In this document: piece after piece, positions 1 to 8,878 of the stretch
Numbering within the stretch: the stretch's first letter is position 1
Layout of the letters: each line of letters starts with the position of its first letter
Assembly (NCBI GenBank): GCA_051715345.1
Contig: JBPXJQ010000049.1
Coordinates: forward strand, 20,015 to 84,014
Direction of reading: 5' to 3'
DNA: 64,000 bases
Source: Candidatus Blackallbacteria bacterium
GTDB taxonomy: Bacteria > Cyanobacteriota > Sericytochromatia > UBA7694
Position numbers and translations under genes: made by a program
The notes under the pieces: model-generated
Seen by the model: the letters and a program-made list of their open reading frames with translations, nothing else
Told to the model about the DNA's origin: nothing
Databases searched by the model: none

Positions 1-219
1 ATCGAGCATTTCCAGCGGCGTCACACAGACTGGGCAGCCAGGCCCGTGTAACAATTCAACCCCTGGGGGCAGCAGTTGATCGAGTCCATATTTGACGATC
101 GCATGGGTCTGCCCACCACAGACCTCCATCAAGGTCCAGGGGCGGGTCACCGTTTTGGCGATCTGTTCAGCCAAGGCCTGAACCCCAGCCGGATCGCGGT
201 ATTCGTCCAAATATTTCAT
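1..219 (-). CDS. hypD: Hydrogenase maturation factor HypD, N-terminal part only (runs off the left edge of the window)
   Basis: Minus-strand translation from the ATG at 217-219 gives [68 protein letters not shown]. This contains the HypD signature motifs ([16 protein letters not shown]). The start overlaps the hypC stop in an ATGA arrangement. Confidence 0.85.
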   Translation of the reverse strand, partial: MKYLDEYRDPAGVQALAEQIAKTVTRPWTLMEVCGGQTHAIVKYGLDQLLPPGVELLHGPGCPVCVTPLEMLD

Positions 220-464
220 GGCTTGAGTTCTTTTTCTATCTGCATCAGGGTCTCCAGATCCGCCAAGACCTTTTCCGCTGCTTCGGGGTCTAAAAGCGAG
301 AGCGCAAAACCCACATGCACGAGCACATAGTCTCCTACTTGGGCTTCGGGCACATAGGCCAAACTGATCTCTTTGATGATTCCGCCAAAACTCACTTTGG
401 CCGGGAGCAGCAGGTCGTGGGGGTCGACGATTGCGATAATTTCACCGGGCAGGGCTAAACACAT
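216..464 (-). CDS. hypC: Hydrogenase maturation factor HypC (HupF/HypC family)
   Basis: The internal start gives [13 protein letters not shown]..., the canonical HypC N-terminus with Cys2. Length is about 83 aa. The table ORF 216..551 is over-extended upstream into hypF. Confidence 0.85.
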   Translation of the reverse strand: MCLALPGEIIAIVDPHDLLLPAKVSFGGIIKEISLAYVPEAQVGDYVLVHVGFALSLLDPEAAEKVLADLETLMQIEKELKP

Positions 465-2797
465 GTGCGCTCCTTTGATTTGGCTAAAAGCAGGGAATAG
501 AGTTGACCAAGGGCCAGCCCACCATCGTTGGGGGGCACAAGCTGGGGCCAATAGACCTTAAACCCAGCTGCTTGAAGGCCTTCGCGGCAGAGTTGATGCA
601 AGAGGGCATTTTGAAAACAGCCCCCCGTGAGCACAATCTCTGGAATCTCAAACTGGATCGCCATTTTTACCAGGGCCTGGGCCAAACTCCAGTGGAATTG
701 GTAGGCGATCTGGGCCTTGGGCCTTTGTTCTGCAAGGGCCTGAAGCAGATCTGTGAGCAAGTCCGAAGTGGGAAAGTAGAACAGGCCCCCTTTTTCGCGC
801 AGGGCATAGTCAACCCCTGGGGTGGGGTGCGCTTTTTCAGCCAAATACTCCAAAGCCATGGCGGCTTGGCCTTCAAAACTGCTGACATGGCAGAGATCCA
901 ACAGCGACGCCACGGCATCAAAGAGCCGGCCCACACTGGAGGTCTGCAGGCAATTTAAACCGTGTTGGAGGGCTTGGTTTAAGAGTTTTTTCTCTTGCGA
1001 ATTCAGGGCCTTTAAGGGGGCCAAGTCTTTGTGCCAAAGGGTATCTCCCAGCTTTTGCCAGAGCCAGCCATGCGCCTGATAAGCCGGTTTGCGCAGGGCT
1101 CTTTCCCCGCCAGCGAAGCGCAGGGGTTCAAAGCTGGCGCGGCGCAAATAACGGCCTCCGGGGGAGATTTCCAAAGCCTCTCCGCCCCAGAGCTGGCCGT
1201 CTTCACCCAGCCCCAGGCCATCCCAGGCAAAGCCCAAGACCGGGCCCTGCAATTGGTGCTCTGCCATACAGGCCAAGACATGGGCGTGGTGGTGTTGCAC
1301 AGGCCAAACCCGAATGCCCATTTTTTCTGCAACCACACTTGAATAATAATCCGGATGGGTGTCTCGGGCCACAGCTTGGGGGGCCCCTTGGTAAAGGGTT
1401 TGAAAATGGGCCAAACTGGATTCAAACAGCTGAATGCTGAGATCCTGATCCAGATCCCCCAGATGGGGGCTGAGAAAGGCCTGGGGCCTGCCCGCTTGGG
1501 CAAAGGCCAAGCTGTTTTTTAAATGCCCGCCCACAGCCACGAGGTCGTGCTCAGGGGCCTGTGCAAGCGGAATCGGCAGCGGGGCAAAGCCGCGTGCCCG
1601 GCGCAAGACAACGGGCTTGCCGGCATAAAAGCGCAAAACGGAATCGTCAACGGGCCTGAGAATTTCGCGATTGTGGCTCAAAAAAACATCGGCAATGCTG
1701 CCCAAGCGCTCCAGGGCCTCGGGATCGCGCCACGCCAAAGGCTCTTGCGTGCGATTGCCGCTGGTGGCCACCAAAGGACGTTGCAGGGCCTGGGTTAACA
1801 ACCGGTGCAAGGGGGTGGTGGGCAACATCACCCCCAAGAGGGGATTGCCCGACTGGGTGACAGCAGGGGCCAAAGGCCCACCCGCTCTGCGGCGCAGAAG
1901 TAGAATCGGGGCGGCGGGGGATTGCAGCATATCCGCTTCGGCCTCGGCAAGAAAACACAGCGTCTGGATACTTTGCAGATCTGGCAGCATCAGCGCCAAC
2001 GGTTTGTCCGGGCGATTTTTGCGCCTGCGCAGCTCCAAGACTGTGGCCTGAGCGGTGGCATCACAGATCAGCTGAAAGCCCCCCAGGCCTTTGAGCGCCA
2101 GGATTTTTCCCTCTTCAAGCGCTTGAATGGCTGCTTGCAATGCCGCCTGGCCGCTGAGGGGAGAGGCCTTACATTCACTTGGGCAGCTGCGCTCACTTAG
2201 CGTGGATTCAAATAGCGTGGATTCAAAAAAGACCAATTCGGGGCCACAATCGGCACAGGCGTTGGGCTGGGCATGAAAGCGGCGATCGCGTGGATCACGG
2301 TATTCACTTAAACAGGCCGGGCACATCTCAAACGCGGCCATGCTGGTCTTGGGCCGATCGTAAGGCAAACCCGCAATAATCGAATAGCGGGGGCCACAAT
2401 GTGTGCAATTGGTAAAGGCATAGCCAAAGCGCCGATTCTGGGGGTCGTCCATGTCGGCGCTGCAGGCTGGGCAAATGGCCAAGTCTGGCAGTACCACGGC
2501 TTGGAAGTCCCCGGTTAAGACACTTGGGCGAATTTCAAATCCCTGCCAATCCTGAGCAGGCAACTCTTCCAGGTCAAAATCCTGGTAAGTCACCAAAGTG
2601 GGTTTTTCACTCTGGAGCCCCTGCAAAAAGGCTTCGACCGAGGGAGCGGGCCCTTCGGCGCAGATTTCAACCCCCTGGGGGGAATTGAAGACATAGCCAT
2701 TTAAGCCCTTTTGCAGGGCCAGATTGTAGACAAAAGGCCGAAAGCCTACACCTTGGACGCATCCCTGGACGCGGAGGCGGATCGATCTTGTTTGCAT
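455..2797 (-). CDS. hypF: [NiFe]-hydrogenase maturation carbamoyltransferase HypF
   Basis: About 780 aa. It has an N-terminal acylphosphatase-like domain (VQGCVQGVGFRPFV), two Zn-finger CxxC pairs, a YrdC-like domain and a C-terminal Kae1/HypF carbamoyltransferase domain. Using the second Met (MQTRSIRLRV) aligns the N-terminus with E. coli HypF; the table ORF extends to 2815. Confidence 0.93.
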   Translation of the reverse strand: MQTRSIRLRVQGCVQGVGFRPFVYNLALQKGLNGYVFNSPQGVEICAEGPAPSVEAFLQGLQSEKPTLVTYQDFDLEELPAQDWQGFEIRPSVLTGDFQAVVLPDLAICPACSADMDDPQNRRFGYAFTNCTHCGPRYSIIAGLPYDRPKTSMAAFEMCPACLSEYRDPRDRRFHAQPNACADCGPELVFFESTLFESTLSERSCPSECKASPLSGQAALQAAIQALEEGKILALKGLGGFQLICDATAQATVLELRRRKNRPDKPLALMLPDLQSIQTLCFLAEAEADMLQSPAAPILLLRRRAGGPLAPAVTQSGNPLLGVMLPTTPLHRLLTQALQRPLVATSGNRTQEPLAWRDPEALERLGSIADVFLSHNREILRPVDDSVLRFYAGKPVVLRRARGFAPLPIPLAQAPEHDLVAVGGHLKNSLAFAQAGRPQAFLSPHLGDLDQDLSIQLFESSLAHFQTLYQGAPQAVARDTHPDYYSSVVAEKMGIRVWPVQHHHAHVLACMAEHQLQGPVLGFAWDGLGLGEDGQLWGGEALEISPGGRYLRRASFEPLRFAGGERALRKPAYQAHGWLWQKLGDTLWHKDLAPLKALNSQEKKLLNQALQHGLNCLQTSSVGRLFDAVASLLDLCHVSSFEGQAAMALEYLAEKAHPTPGVDYALREKGGLFYFPTSDLLTDLLQALAEQRPKAQIAYQFHWSLAQALVKMAIQFEIPEIVLTGGCFQNALLHQLCREGLQAAGFKVYWPQLVPPNDGGLALGQLYSLLLAKSKERTCV

Positions 2798-5202
2798 TCT
2801 TCTTCCGCTTTGCAAATATTCTGAATGCCTTTTAAGAGGGCATCGGGATTAAACGAGATACTGTTGATTCCCGCTTTGACCAAAAAGGCGGCAAAGTCAG
2901 GGTGATCACTGGGGGCTTGACCACACAGCCCTATTTTAGTCCCTTTTGCGTTGGCTGTGGCAATCGCCTGAGAGATCATTTTGGTCACGGCGGGGTTTAA
3001 TTCCGAAAAAGAGTCCATCATGATCTCTGAATCGCGGTCCACGCCCAAGGTGAGCTGGGTCAGGTCATTGGAGCCAATCGAAAAGCCGTCAAAGATCTCC
3101 GCAAATTCTTCAGCCAGAATCACATTGCTGGGAATTTCACACATCACATAGATTTCTAGGCCATTTTCGCCCCGTTTAAGCCCACAGGCCTCCATGGTCA
3201 AAAGCACCCGGCGGCCCTCTTCGAGGGTGCGGCAGAAGGGAATCATCAGCTTGACATTCGTCAGCCCCATTTCGTCGCGAACCCGTTTCATGGCCTCACA
3301 TTCCAAGGCAAAGCCCGCCCGGTAGCGGGGGTGGTAATAGCGGGAGGCGCCGCGAAAGCCAATCATGGGATTTTCTTCGTGGGGTTCAAACTCCCGGCCA
3401 CCAATCAAATTGGCGTATTCGTTGGATTTAAAATCGCTCATACGCACAATCACATCGTGGGGGTAAAACGCTGCAGCAATGGTGGCCACTGCCTCTGAGA
3501 GTTTTTCGACAAAATACGCACTTTTGTTGGGGTATTCTGCGGTCAGTCTTTCAATTTCTGCTTTGGCTTCCGCATCTGCCAAATGGGGGTAATTGACCAG
3601 GGCCATGGGGTGAATTTGAATGCTGTTGTTGATCACAAATTCCAAGCGCATCAGCCCCACGCCACGATTGGGCAAAAAGGCCAATTTAAAGGCCTGTTCG
3701 GGGTCTGCCAAAATTAACATCACATCGGTTTTTTCTGGCAATTGCACGCCCGCGGTGTCGATCACCTGTTCGTCCCACTCCAGCAAACCGTCGTAAACCT
3801 GGCCCACCGTGCCATCGATACAGGAGACAGTCACAGCCTGGCCATCGCGGATTTGACTTGTGCCATTGCCGGTGCCAACCACAGCCACTGCGCCGGTTTC
3901 GCGCGCCACAATGGCCGCATGGCTGGTGCGACCCCCTTTGTCGGTGACAATGGCGGCCACTTTTTTTAAGATTGGGTCCCAGTCGGGATTGGTAATTTCG
4001 GTGACCAGCACATCCCCAGTTTGAATTTTGTCGATTTCATCGGGGGATTTGAGCACCCGTGCGCGCCCCGAAGCAATGCGGTCGCCAATGTTTTTGCCCG
4101 TGACCAAAACTGAACTTCTGCTTTTAAGCGTGTAACTGTGGTAGCGATAGGCTTGGCGGTGTCCGCTGTGAACGGTTTCGGGCCGGGCCTGGACAATATA
4201 CAACTCCCCGCTCAGGCCGTCTTTGGCCCATTCAATGTCCATCGGCTTTTGGTAATGGTCTTCAATCGTTTGGCACCACTGGGCCAATTGAATCACTTCA
4301 TCAGGGCTGAGCACCCATTTGGCTTGTAAATGTTCGGGGGTCGTGAGATTGACGATCGTGTGGCTCACCCCCACACTGTGACGGTGACTGTGGGGGGCGT
4401 CTTCTGCATAGACCAAGGTCTGGTTCTTTGAACCGCGTTTTTTGCTGATCAGGGGATATTTTCCCTGTTTGAGGGTGGGTTTAAAGACATAAAATTCGTC
4501 GGGATTGACGTTGCCCTGCACGACATTTTCACCGAGGCCCCAAGCGCCCGTGATCAAAATAATATTTTCAAATCCCGTTTCGGGATCGAGGGTAAAACAG
4601 ACCCCAGCACAGGCTTTGTCGGAGCGCACCATTTTTTGCACCCCCAGTGAGAGCGCCACTTTCATGTGGTCAAAGCCATTGTCTTCGCGGTATTTGATCG
4701 CCCGATCGGTAAACAGTGAAGCATAACAATGGAGACAGGCTTCAAACAATTCCTGTTCATTGCGAATATTTAAATACGATTCCTGTTGGCCAGCAAAACT
4801 GGCTTCGGGCAGGTCTTCAGCGGTGGCGGAGGAACGCACCGCGACCTCCAGTCTGCCACCACAATCGATACTGAGTTGGGCATACGCGGAGAGGATCGCC
4901 GCCTTGAGATCGTCGGGGAGCACGGCGTGTAAGATCTGTGAACGGGCTTGGCTGCCCACGGCATGTAAATTGCTGAATTGGGTCCGGTCGAGTGTTTGTA
5001 ACAGGGCACTCAGAGGCTCAAACAGCCCATTGTGGTTTAAAAAATGCCAATAGGCCTGTGCCGTGGTGGCAAAACCATCGGGGACCCGGATGCCTTGGCG
5101 TGATAAATGTTGAACCATTTCACCGAGTGAGGCATTTTTGCCACCGACTTCTTCAATGTCTTCAATGCAAATCTTTGAAAAGGGTTTGATAAAGCTGTTC
5201 AT
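2746..5202 (-). CDS. ppsA: Phosphoenolpyruvate synthase (pyruvate, water dikinase)
   Basis: 818 aa. It has an N-terminal PPDK_N ATP-grasp domain, a central mobile phospho-His domain (GGRTSHAAIVARE) and a C-terminal PEP-utilising TIM barrel. Domain order and length match PpsA, not a rifampicin phosphotransferase. A GGAGAG RBS lies upstream of the ATG at 5202. Confidence 0.9.
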   Translation of the reverse strand: MNSFIKPFSKICIEDIEEVGGKNASLGEMVQHLSRQGIRVPDGFATTAQAYWHFLNHNGLFEPLSALLQTLDRTQFSNLHAVGSQARSQILHAVLPDDLKAAILSAYAQLSIDCGGRLEVAVRSSATAEDLPEASFAGQQESYLNIRNEQELFEACLHCYASLFTDRAIKYREDNGFDHMKVALSLGVQKMVRSDKACAGVCFTLDPETGFENIILITGAWGLGENVVQGNVNPDEFYVFKPTLKQGKYPLISKKRGSKNQTLVYAEDAPHSHRHSVGVSHTIVNLTTPEHLQAKWVLSPDEVIQLAQWCQTIEDHYQKPMDIEWAKDGLSGELYIVQARPETVHSGHRQAYRYHSYTLKSRSSVLVTGKNIGDRIASGRARVLKSPDEIDKIQTGDVLVTEITNPDWDPILKKVAAIVTDKGGRTSHAAIVARETGAVAVVGTGNGTSQIRDGQAVTVSCIDGTVGQVYDGLLEWDEQVIDTAGVQLPEKTDVMLILADPEQAFKLAFLPNRGVGLMRLEFVINNSIQIHPMALVNYPHLADAEAKAEIERLTAEYPNKSAYFVEKLSEAVATIAAAFYPHDVIVRMSDFKSNEYANLIGGREFEPHEENPMIGFRGASRYYHPRYRAGFALECEAMKRVRDEMGLTNVKLMIPFCRTLEEGRRVLLTMEACGLKRGENGLEIYVMCEIPSNVILAEEFAEIFDGFSIGSNDLTQLTLGVDRDSEIMMDSFSELNPAVTKMISQAIATANAKGTKIGLCGQAPSDHPDFAAFLVKAGINSISFNPDALLKGIQNICKAEEECKQDRSASASRDASKV

Positions 5203-5224
5203 ATCTAACTCTCCACGCTCTCTT

Positions 5225-5256
5225 GATGTTCTCTGTCGCTGATGTTCTCTATCGCT
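5225..5256. repeat. Tandem 16-bp direct repeat (gatgttctctgtcgct / gatgttctctatcgct) in the hypA-ppsA intergenic spacer
   Basis: Two adjacent 16-mers differ at one position. They lie between the hypA-like stop (5257) and the ppsA RBS. Confidence 0.8.
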
Positions 5257-5526
5257 TTAATCGTCGTCTTCAACTTCAATCCTGGTTAAGACAATCGATT
5301 GTGCATCGGGGGCGTTTTGATCCCCGTCTTCTTCGATGTTTAATTCTGCGCCTTCGCAGCAGGTCCCCCTGACAGCATGTTCAAAGTGTTCGCGAAAATG
5401 GGAGCCTGAAATATGGGCCATGGCCCCAATTTTGACCGAGACAGAGACCACGCGGCTGGCATTTTCGCGTTGCGCTGTGTCTTCGATTTTTTTGAGCAAA
5501 TTGGCCAAAAGCGAAAATTCATGCAT
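5257..5526 (-). CDS. hypA: HypA-like hydrogenase nickel-insertion protein, atypical (zinc-site CxxC pairs absent)
   Basis: The MHEFSL N-terminus is the Ni-binding MHE motif of HypA. Length is 89 aa with an acidic C-terminus (EVEDDD). The only cysteines are one adjacent CC pair, so the canonical CxxC-X12-CxxC zinc finger is absent. Confidence 0.7.
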   Translation of the reverse strand: MHEFSLLANLLKKIEDTAQRENASRVVSVSVKIGAMAHISGSHFREHFEHAVRGTCCEGAELNIEEDGDQNAPDAQSIVLTRIEVEDDD

Positions 5527-6013
5527 GGGATATTTCTCCTGTTTGATGTGTTTGAAAATAGGCGGGGTAGCGGTTGTGGATTCGCAACATTAATTCTGGC
5601 AGGGCAGCAGTGACAATCGGGGAAAGCCCCGTGCCTGAGCCAAAGTCGGCCCCTTCGATGCCAAACAGTGTCAGGGCTTGGGGCAATTCGCCCAAGGCCT
5701 TTGCCATTTCAATCGCTTCGGCCACACTGAAGGCATGGGTGGAATAGTGAAAAAAACGTGAGGGAATGACCTGTTCTGAGGCCTCCAGCTCAAAGACCGT
5801 GCCAGGCAGCGCGCCAGAACAGACCGCATCGACCAGCACAACCTGCTCATACCCTTGCCAAGCCGCCATCAAGGAACTGCCTTCACCGCTTTGAACCTGC
5901 AGCTCGACTCCCTGCAAGTCTGACCTTTGAAGCTGTTTGAGTAGAGCTGGGCCGAGGCCATCGTCTTTGCGAAAGCCATTGCCAATGCCGAGGATCAAAA
6001 GCGGTTTTAACAT
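5519..6013 (-). CDS. Hydrogenase maturation endopeptidase (HoxW/HyaD/HycI family)
   Basis: 164 aa with ILGIGNGFRKDDGLG, the GxGN...DDG signature of [NiFe]-hydrogenase large-subunit C-terminal proteases. Confidence 0.85.
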   Translation of the reverse strand: MLKPLLILGIGNGFRKDDGLGPALLKQLQRSDLQGVELQVQSGEGSSLMAAWQGYEQVVLVDAVCSGALPGTVFELEASEQVIPSRFFHYSTHAFSVAEAIEMAKALGELPQALTLFGIEGADFGSGTGLSPIVTAALPELMLRIHNRYPAYFQTHQTGEISHA

Positions 6014-7434
6014 GTTTTGAACTCCCGGATCAGGGTTTGCAGGGATTCTCGGGCGTCGCCAAAGAGCATGCGGCTGTTGTTTAAAAAGAAGAGGGGATTG
6101 TCGATGCCAGCAAACCCTTGGCCCATCGAGCGTTTGAGAATGATCACATTGTGCGCTTTTTCGGCATCCAAGATCGGCATGCCGTAAATCGGGCTGTGGG
6201 GATCGCTGTGGGCCGCCGGATTGACGATATCGTTGGCCCCAATCACCAAACAGACATCGACACGGGGCAGCCGGGAATTGGCCTCTTCCAATTCGAGCAA
6301 TTGTTCATAAGGGACATTGGCCTCTGCCAACAGCACATTCATATGGCCTGGCATGCGTCCCGCAACGGGATGAATCGCGTAAAAGACCTCTGTGCCGCGT
6401 TTGTTTAAGAGTTCAGCCAATTCAAACACAGCGTGTTGGGCCTGGGCCACAGCCATGCCATAACCGGGAATAAACATCACGGTTGCAGCGCTCTCCAGCA
6501 GGTAAAAGGCCTCTTCCCCTGTCAGGGGATGGGCGTGCAGGGCAGGTCCTTTGGCTCCCGCTGCGGCAGCACTGGCGCCAAACTGGCCAAAGAGCACCTG
6601 GGCCAAGCTGCGATTCATGGATTTACACATGATCTGGGTCAGGATCAGACCACTGGCCCCCACCAAACAGCCCGTGACAATTAAGACCTTGTTGAGCAAA
6701 ACAAAACCCACGGCACAGGCTGCCAGTCCAGACAGGGCATTGAGCAGGGAGATCACCACGGGCATGTCGCCTCCGCCAATCGGTAAAACGGCCAAAACCC
6801 CCAAGAGCAGGGCCAAGCCCCCTGCGATCAACAAAATCGAGAGGGGGGGCGAGGGCAAAGCCAAGTAGAGCAATCCCAAGCCCAAGCTCAGACAAAAAAG
6901 CAGGAGATTGATCAGGCCCTGGCCTTGAAAGCGCAGGGGTTTGCCGCTGAGTTTTTCCGAGAGTTTGGCCCAGGCGATCAGGCTGCCGCTGAAGGTGATG
7001 CCGCCAATCAAAACCGAGAGATAACCCGCTCCACTGGATAAGATGCTGAGCGCGGGGCGAATCAAGGTCTCTGCCAGGGCCACCAAGACAGAGGCCAAGC
7101 CCCCCAAACCATTAAACAGGGCCACCATTTCGGGCATCCCCGTCATCGGCACCCGCAGGGCCAAAATCACCCCCAGGGCGGTGCCAATCAAAAGCCCCAA
7201 TAAGATCCACTGAAAATGCAGGCCCGTGCTCAACAGCGTGGCCAAAATGGCCAGCAACATTCCCCCCGCAGAGAGCAAATTGCCTTGGCGGGCAGAGGTT
7301 TGTTTGCCCAGCAATTTAATCCCCAAGACAAAGGCCACCGCAGAAAAAACATATAAAAATTCGCGGGCCAAATTCAGATTCAGATTCAGATTCTGGGCAT
7401 TCAAAAAAGCTAAATTCATGCCAAGCACATTCAT
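6007..7434 (-). CDS. pntB: NAD(P) transhydrogenase subunit beta
   Basis: 475 aa. It has a multi-pass membrane N-terminal half and a C-terminal NADP(H)-binding dIII domain (GYGMAVAQAQHAV, HMNVLLAEANVPY). The start overlaps the pntAB stop. Confidence 0.9.
   Translation of the reverse strand: MNVLGMNLAFLNAQNLNLNLNLAREFLYVFSAVAFVLGIKLLGKQTSARQGNLLSAGGMLLAILATLLSTGLHFQWILLGLLIGTALGVILALRVPMTGMPEMVALFNGLGGLASVLVALAETLIRPALSILSSGAGYLSVLIGGITFSGSLIAWAKLSEKLSGKPLRFQGQGLINLLLFCLSLGLGLLYLALPSPPLSILLIAGGLALLLGVLAVLPIGGGDMPVVISLLNALSGLAACAVGFVLLNKVLIVTGCLVGASGLILTQIMCKSMNRSLAQVLFGQFGASAAAAGAKGPALHAHPLTGEEAFYLLESAATVMFIPGYGMAVAQAQHAVFELAELLNKRGTEVFYAIHPVAGRMPGHMNVLLAEANVPYEQLLELEEANSRLPRVDVCLVIGANDIVNPAAHSDPHSPIYGMPILDAEKAHNVIILKRSMGQGFAGIDNPLFFLNNSRMLFGDARESLQTLIREFKTC
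7373..7394. repeat. Hexanucleotide tandem repeat (TTCAGA)x3.5 inside the pntB 5' coding region, encoding NLNLNLNL
   Basis: The plus strand reads aattcagattcagattcagattctgg. The repeat is in-frame, and the protein shows AQNLNLNLNLARE. Confidence 0.85.
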
Positions 7435-7721
7435 GGTGGTGGTCCCGCAGAATCGTTTTTTTTCTCAAACATTTTTAACATGCGGTCGGTGACCACATAG
7501 CCCCCAACCACGTTAACCGTGGCAAAGATCACCGCAGCTGTGCCCAAGAGGGTCCCCCAGAGGGAATGCCCCGAACCGGCTGCCAAGAGCGCCCCCACCA
7601 CCGTGATCCCTGAAATGGCGTTGGAGCCCGACATCAGGGGGGTGTGTAATTGTGAAGGCACACGGGCAATGAGTTCAAAGCCCAAAAAAGCGGAGAGAAT
7701 GAGGATCAACAGCAGTTCCAT
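7431..7721 (-). CDS. pntAB: NAD(P) transhydrogenase subunit alpha part 2 (membrane dII portion)
   Basis: The internal Met start gives MELLLILILSAFLGFELIARVPSQLHTPLMSGSNAISGITVVGAL..., about 97 aa. This is typical of a split alpha subunit. Its ATG overlaps the pntAA stop at 7721; the table ORF is over-extended to 7829. Confidence 0.8.
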   Translation of the reverse strand: MELLLILILSAFLGFELIARVPSQLHTPLMSGSNAISGITVVGALLAAGSGHSLWGTLLGTAAVIFATVNVVGGYVVTDRMLKMFEKKNDSAGPPP

Positions 7722-8878
7722 CAGCCCAGCCTTCCTTGCCAATAATCTTTGAGTTTGGCCTGTTGCCATTCGCCTTGAGACGTCAGCAAAGCGGCCATGT
7801 ATATTTCGTTTTGGGCATCCAAAACCCATGTTTTTGTTTCTGCTTGCGCTTGGCTATCCGCCAATTCTTTGAGCAAAAAAGACAGATTGGCGGAATACAT
7901 CCGACTGGCATCGTGGGGCACCCGGCCAGCCAAATTGCGGTAGCCGATCAATTTCACGCCTTTGCGTTCGATCAGCTGATCGGCAACGATCCCTTCCACA
8001 TTGCCGCCACTGTCCACGGCCCCATCGACCACAACCGAACCCGGTTTGAGCAGATCCAGCAGTTCTTCTGTGAGGATCAGCGGCGCGCGTTTGCCAAAGA
8101 CCTGCGCGCTGGTGATCACCACATCGCTGTGGGAGACAGCCTCTGCCAAACCTGAGGCCTGTCTTTTGAGTTGTTCTGTACTGACTTCTGTGACATACCC
8201 TTCTGAATTGGTCTCGGTGGGCGAGAGGGCAATTTGAATGGCCCGCGCCCCCAGGGACATAATTTGCTCTGAGGCTTCCGGGCGCAGATCATAGCCCTCG
8301 ACCCGCGCCCCCAGTCGCCGGGCTGTGGCGATGGCCTGCAGGCCCGCAACTCCTGCGCCAATCACCAAGACCCGCGCTGGTTGCAGGGTTCCGGCTGGGG
8401 TGCTCATCATCGGAAAGACCCTGGGCAAATATTCTGCTGCCAACAAAACCGCCACATAGCCAGCCAGACTGGCTTGAGAGGTTAGGGCATCCATGGCTTG
8501 GGCCCGGCTGATGCGGGGAATCCACTCCATGCTCAGGGCCCTGATTTTTTTGTCGAGGCAGACCTGCAAAAGGGCCTGATTCTGAAATGGATTCAGATAG
8601 CTAATATGCAGGGCCTGGGGGGAGACCCAAGCCATTTCTTCGGGTGGGGGTGGATTGAGGCGCAAAATAAGATCCGATTCTGCCAAGATCTGCCGCCGGT
8701 CATTTAACACAGTGGCGCCCATCTCCAGATAGTCTGTGTCGGGAATCTTCAGGCTTGTTGCCAGATCCGCTTCGATCTGCACCGCTAAGCCCAGGGCCCT
8801 GAGTTTTTTGACCTCAGCGGGCAAAAGCGGCACACGGGCCTCTTCGCTCTGACTTTCGCGGGGGACCCCGACGATCAT
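7721..8878 (-). CDS. pntAA: NAD(P) transhydrogenase subunit alpha part 1 (dI, alanine-dehydrogenase-like NAD(H)-binding)
   Basis: 385 aa with a Rossmann VLVIGAGVAGLQAIATARRLGARV. The MIVGVPRES start is typical of PntA. Its ATG (8876-8878) overlaps the hydrogenase large-subunit stop (8875-8877) as ATGA. Confidence 0.9.
   Translation of the reverse strand: MIVGVPRESQSEEARVPLLPAEVKKLRALGLAVQIEADLATSLKIPDTDYLEMGATVLNDRRQILAESDLILRLNPPPPEEMAWVSPQALHISYLNPFQNQALLQVCLDKKIRALSMEWIPRISRAQAMDALTSQASLAGYVAVLLAAEYLPRVFPMMSTPAGTLQPARVLVIGAGVAGLQAIATARRLGARVEGYDLRPEASEQIMSLGARAIQIALSPTETNSEGYVTEVSTEQLKRQASGLAEAVSHSDVVITSAQVFGKRAPLILTEELLDLLKPGSVVVDGAVDSGGNVEGIVADQLIERKGVKLIGYRNLAGRVPHDASRMYSANLSFLLKELADSQAQAETKTWVLDAQNEIYMAALLTSQGEWQQAKLKDYWQGRLG

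Noticed and set aside
76-561. Table ORFs 76..330(+), 373..561(+), 503..958(+) and many similar 60-160-aa ORFs antisense to or overlapping hypC/hypF/ppsA/carB/kinase genes
   Set aside because: They lie entirely within, and antisense or out of frame to, long ORFs with strong recognisable homology. High GC inflates spurious ORFs, and none has motifs or an RBS.
2746-5202. ppsA as a rifampicin phosphotransferase / PEP-utilising antibiotic kinase
   Set aside because: The domain order is ATP-grasp, then His domain, then TIM barrel, and the ~800-aa length matches true PEP synthase. RPH enzymes have a different order and size.
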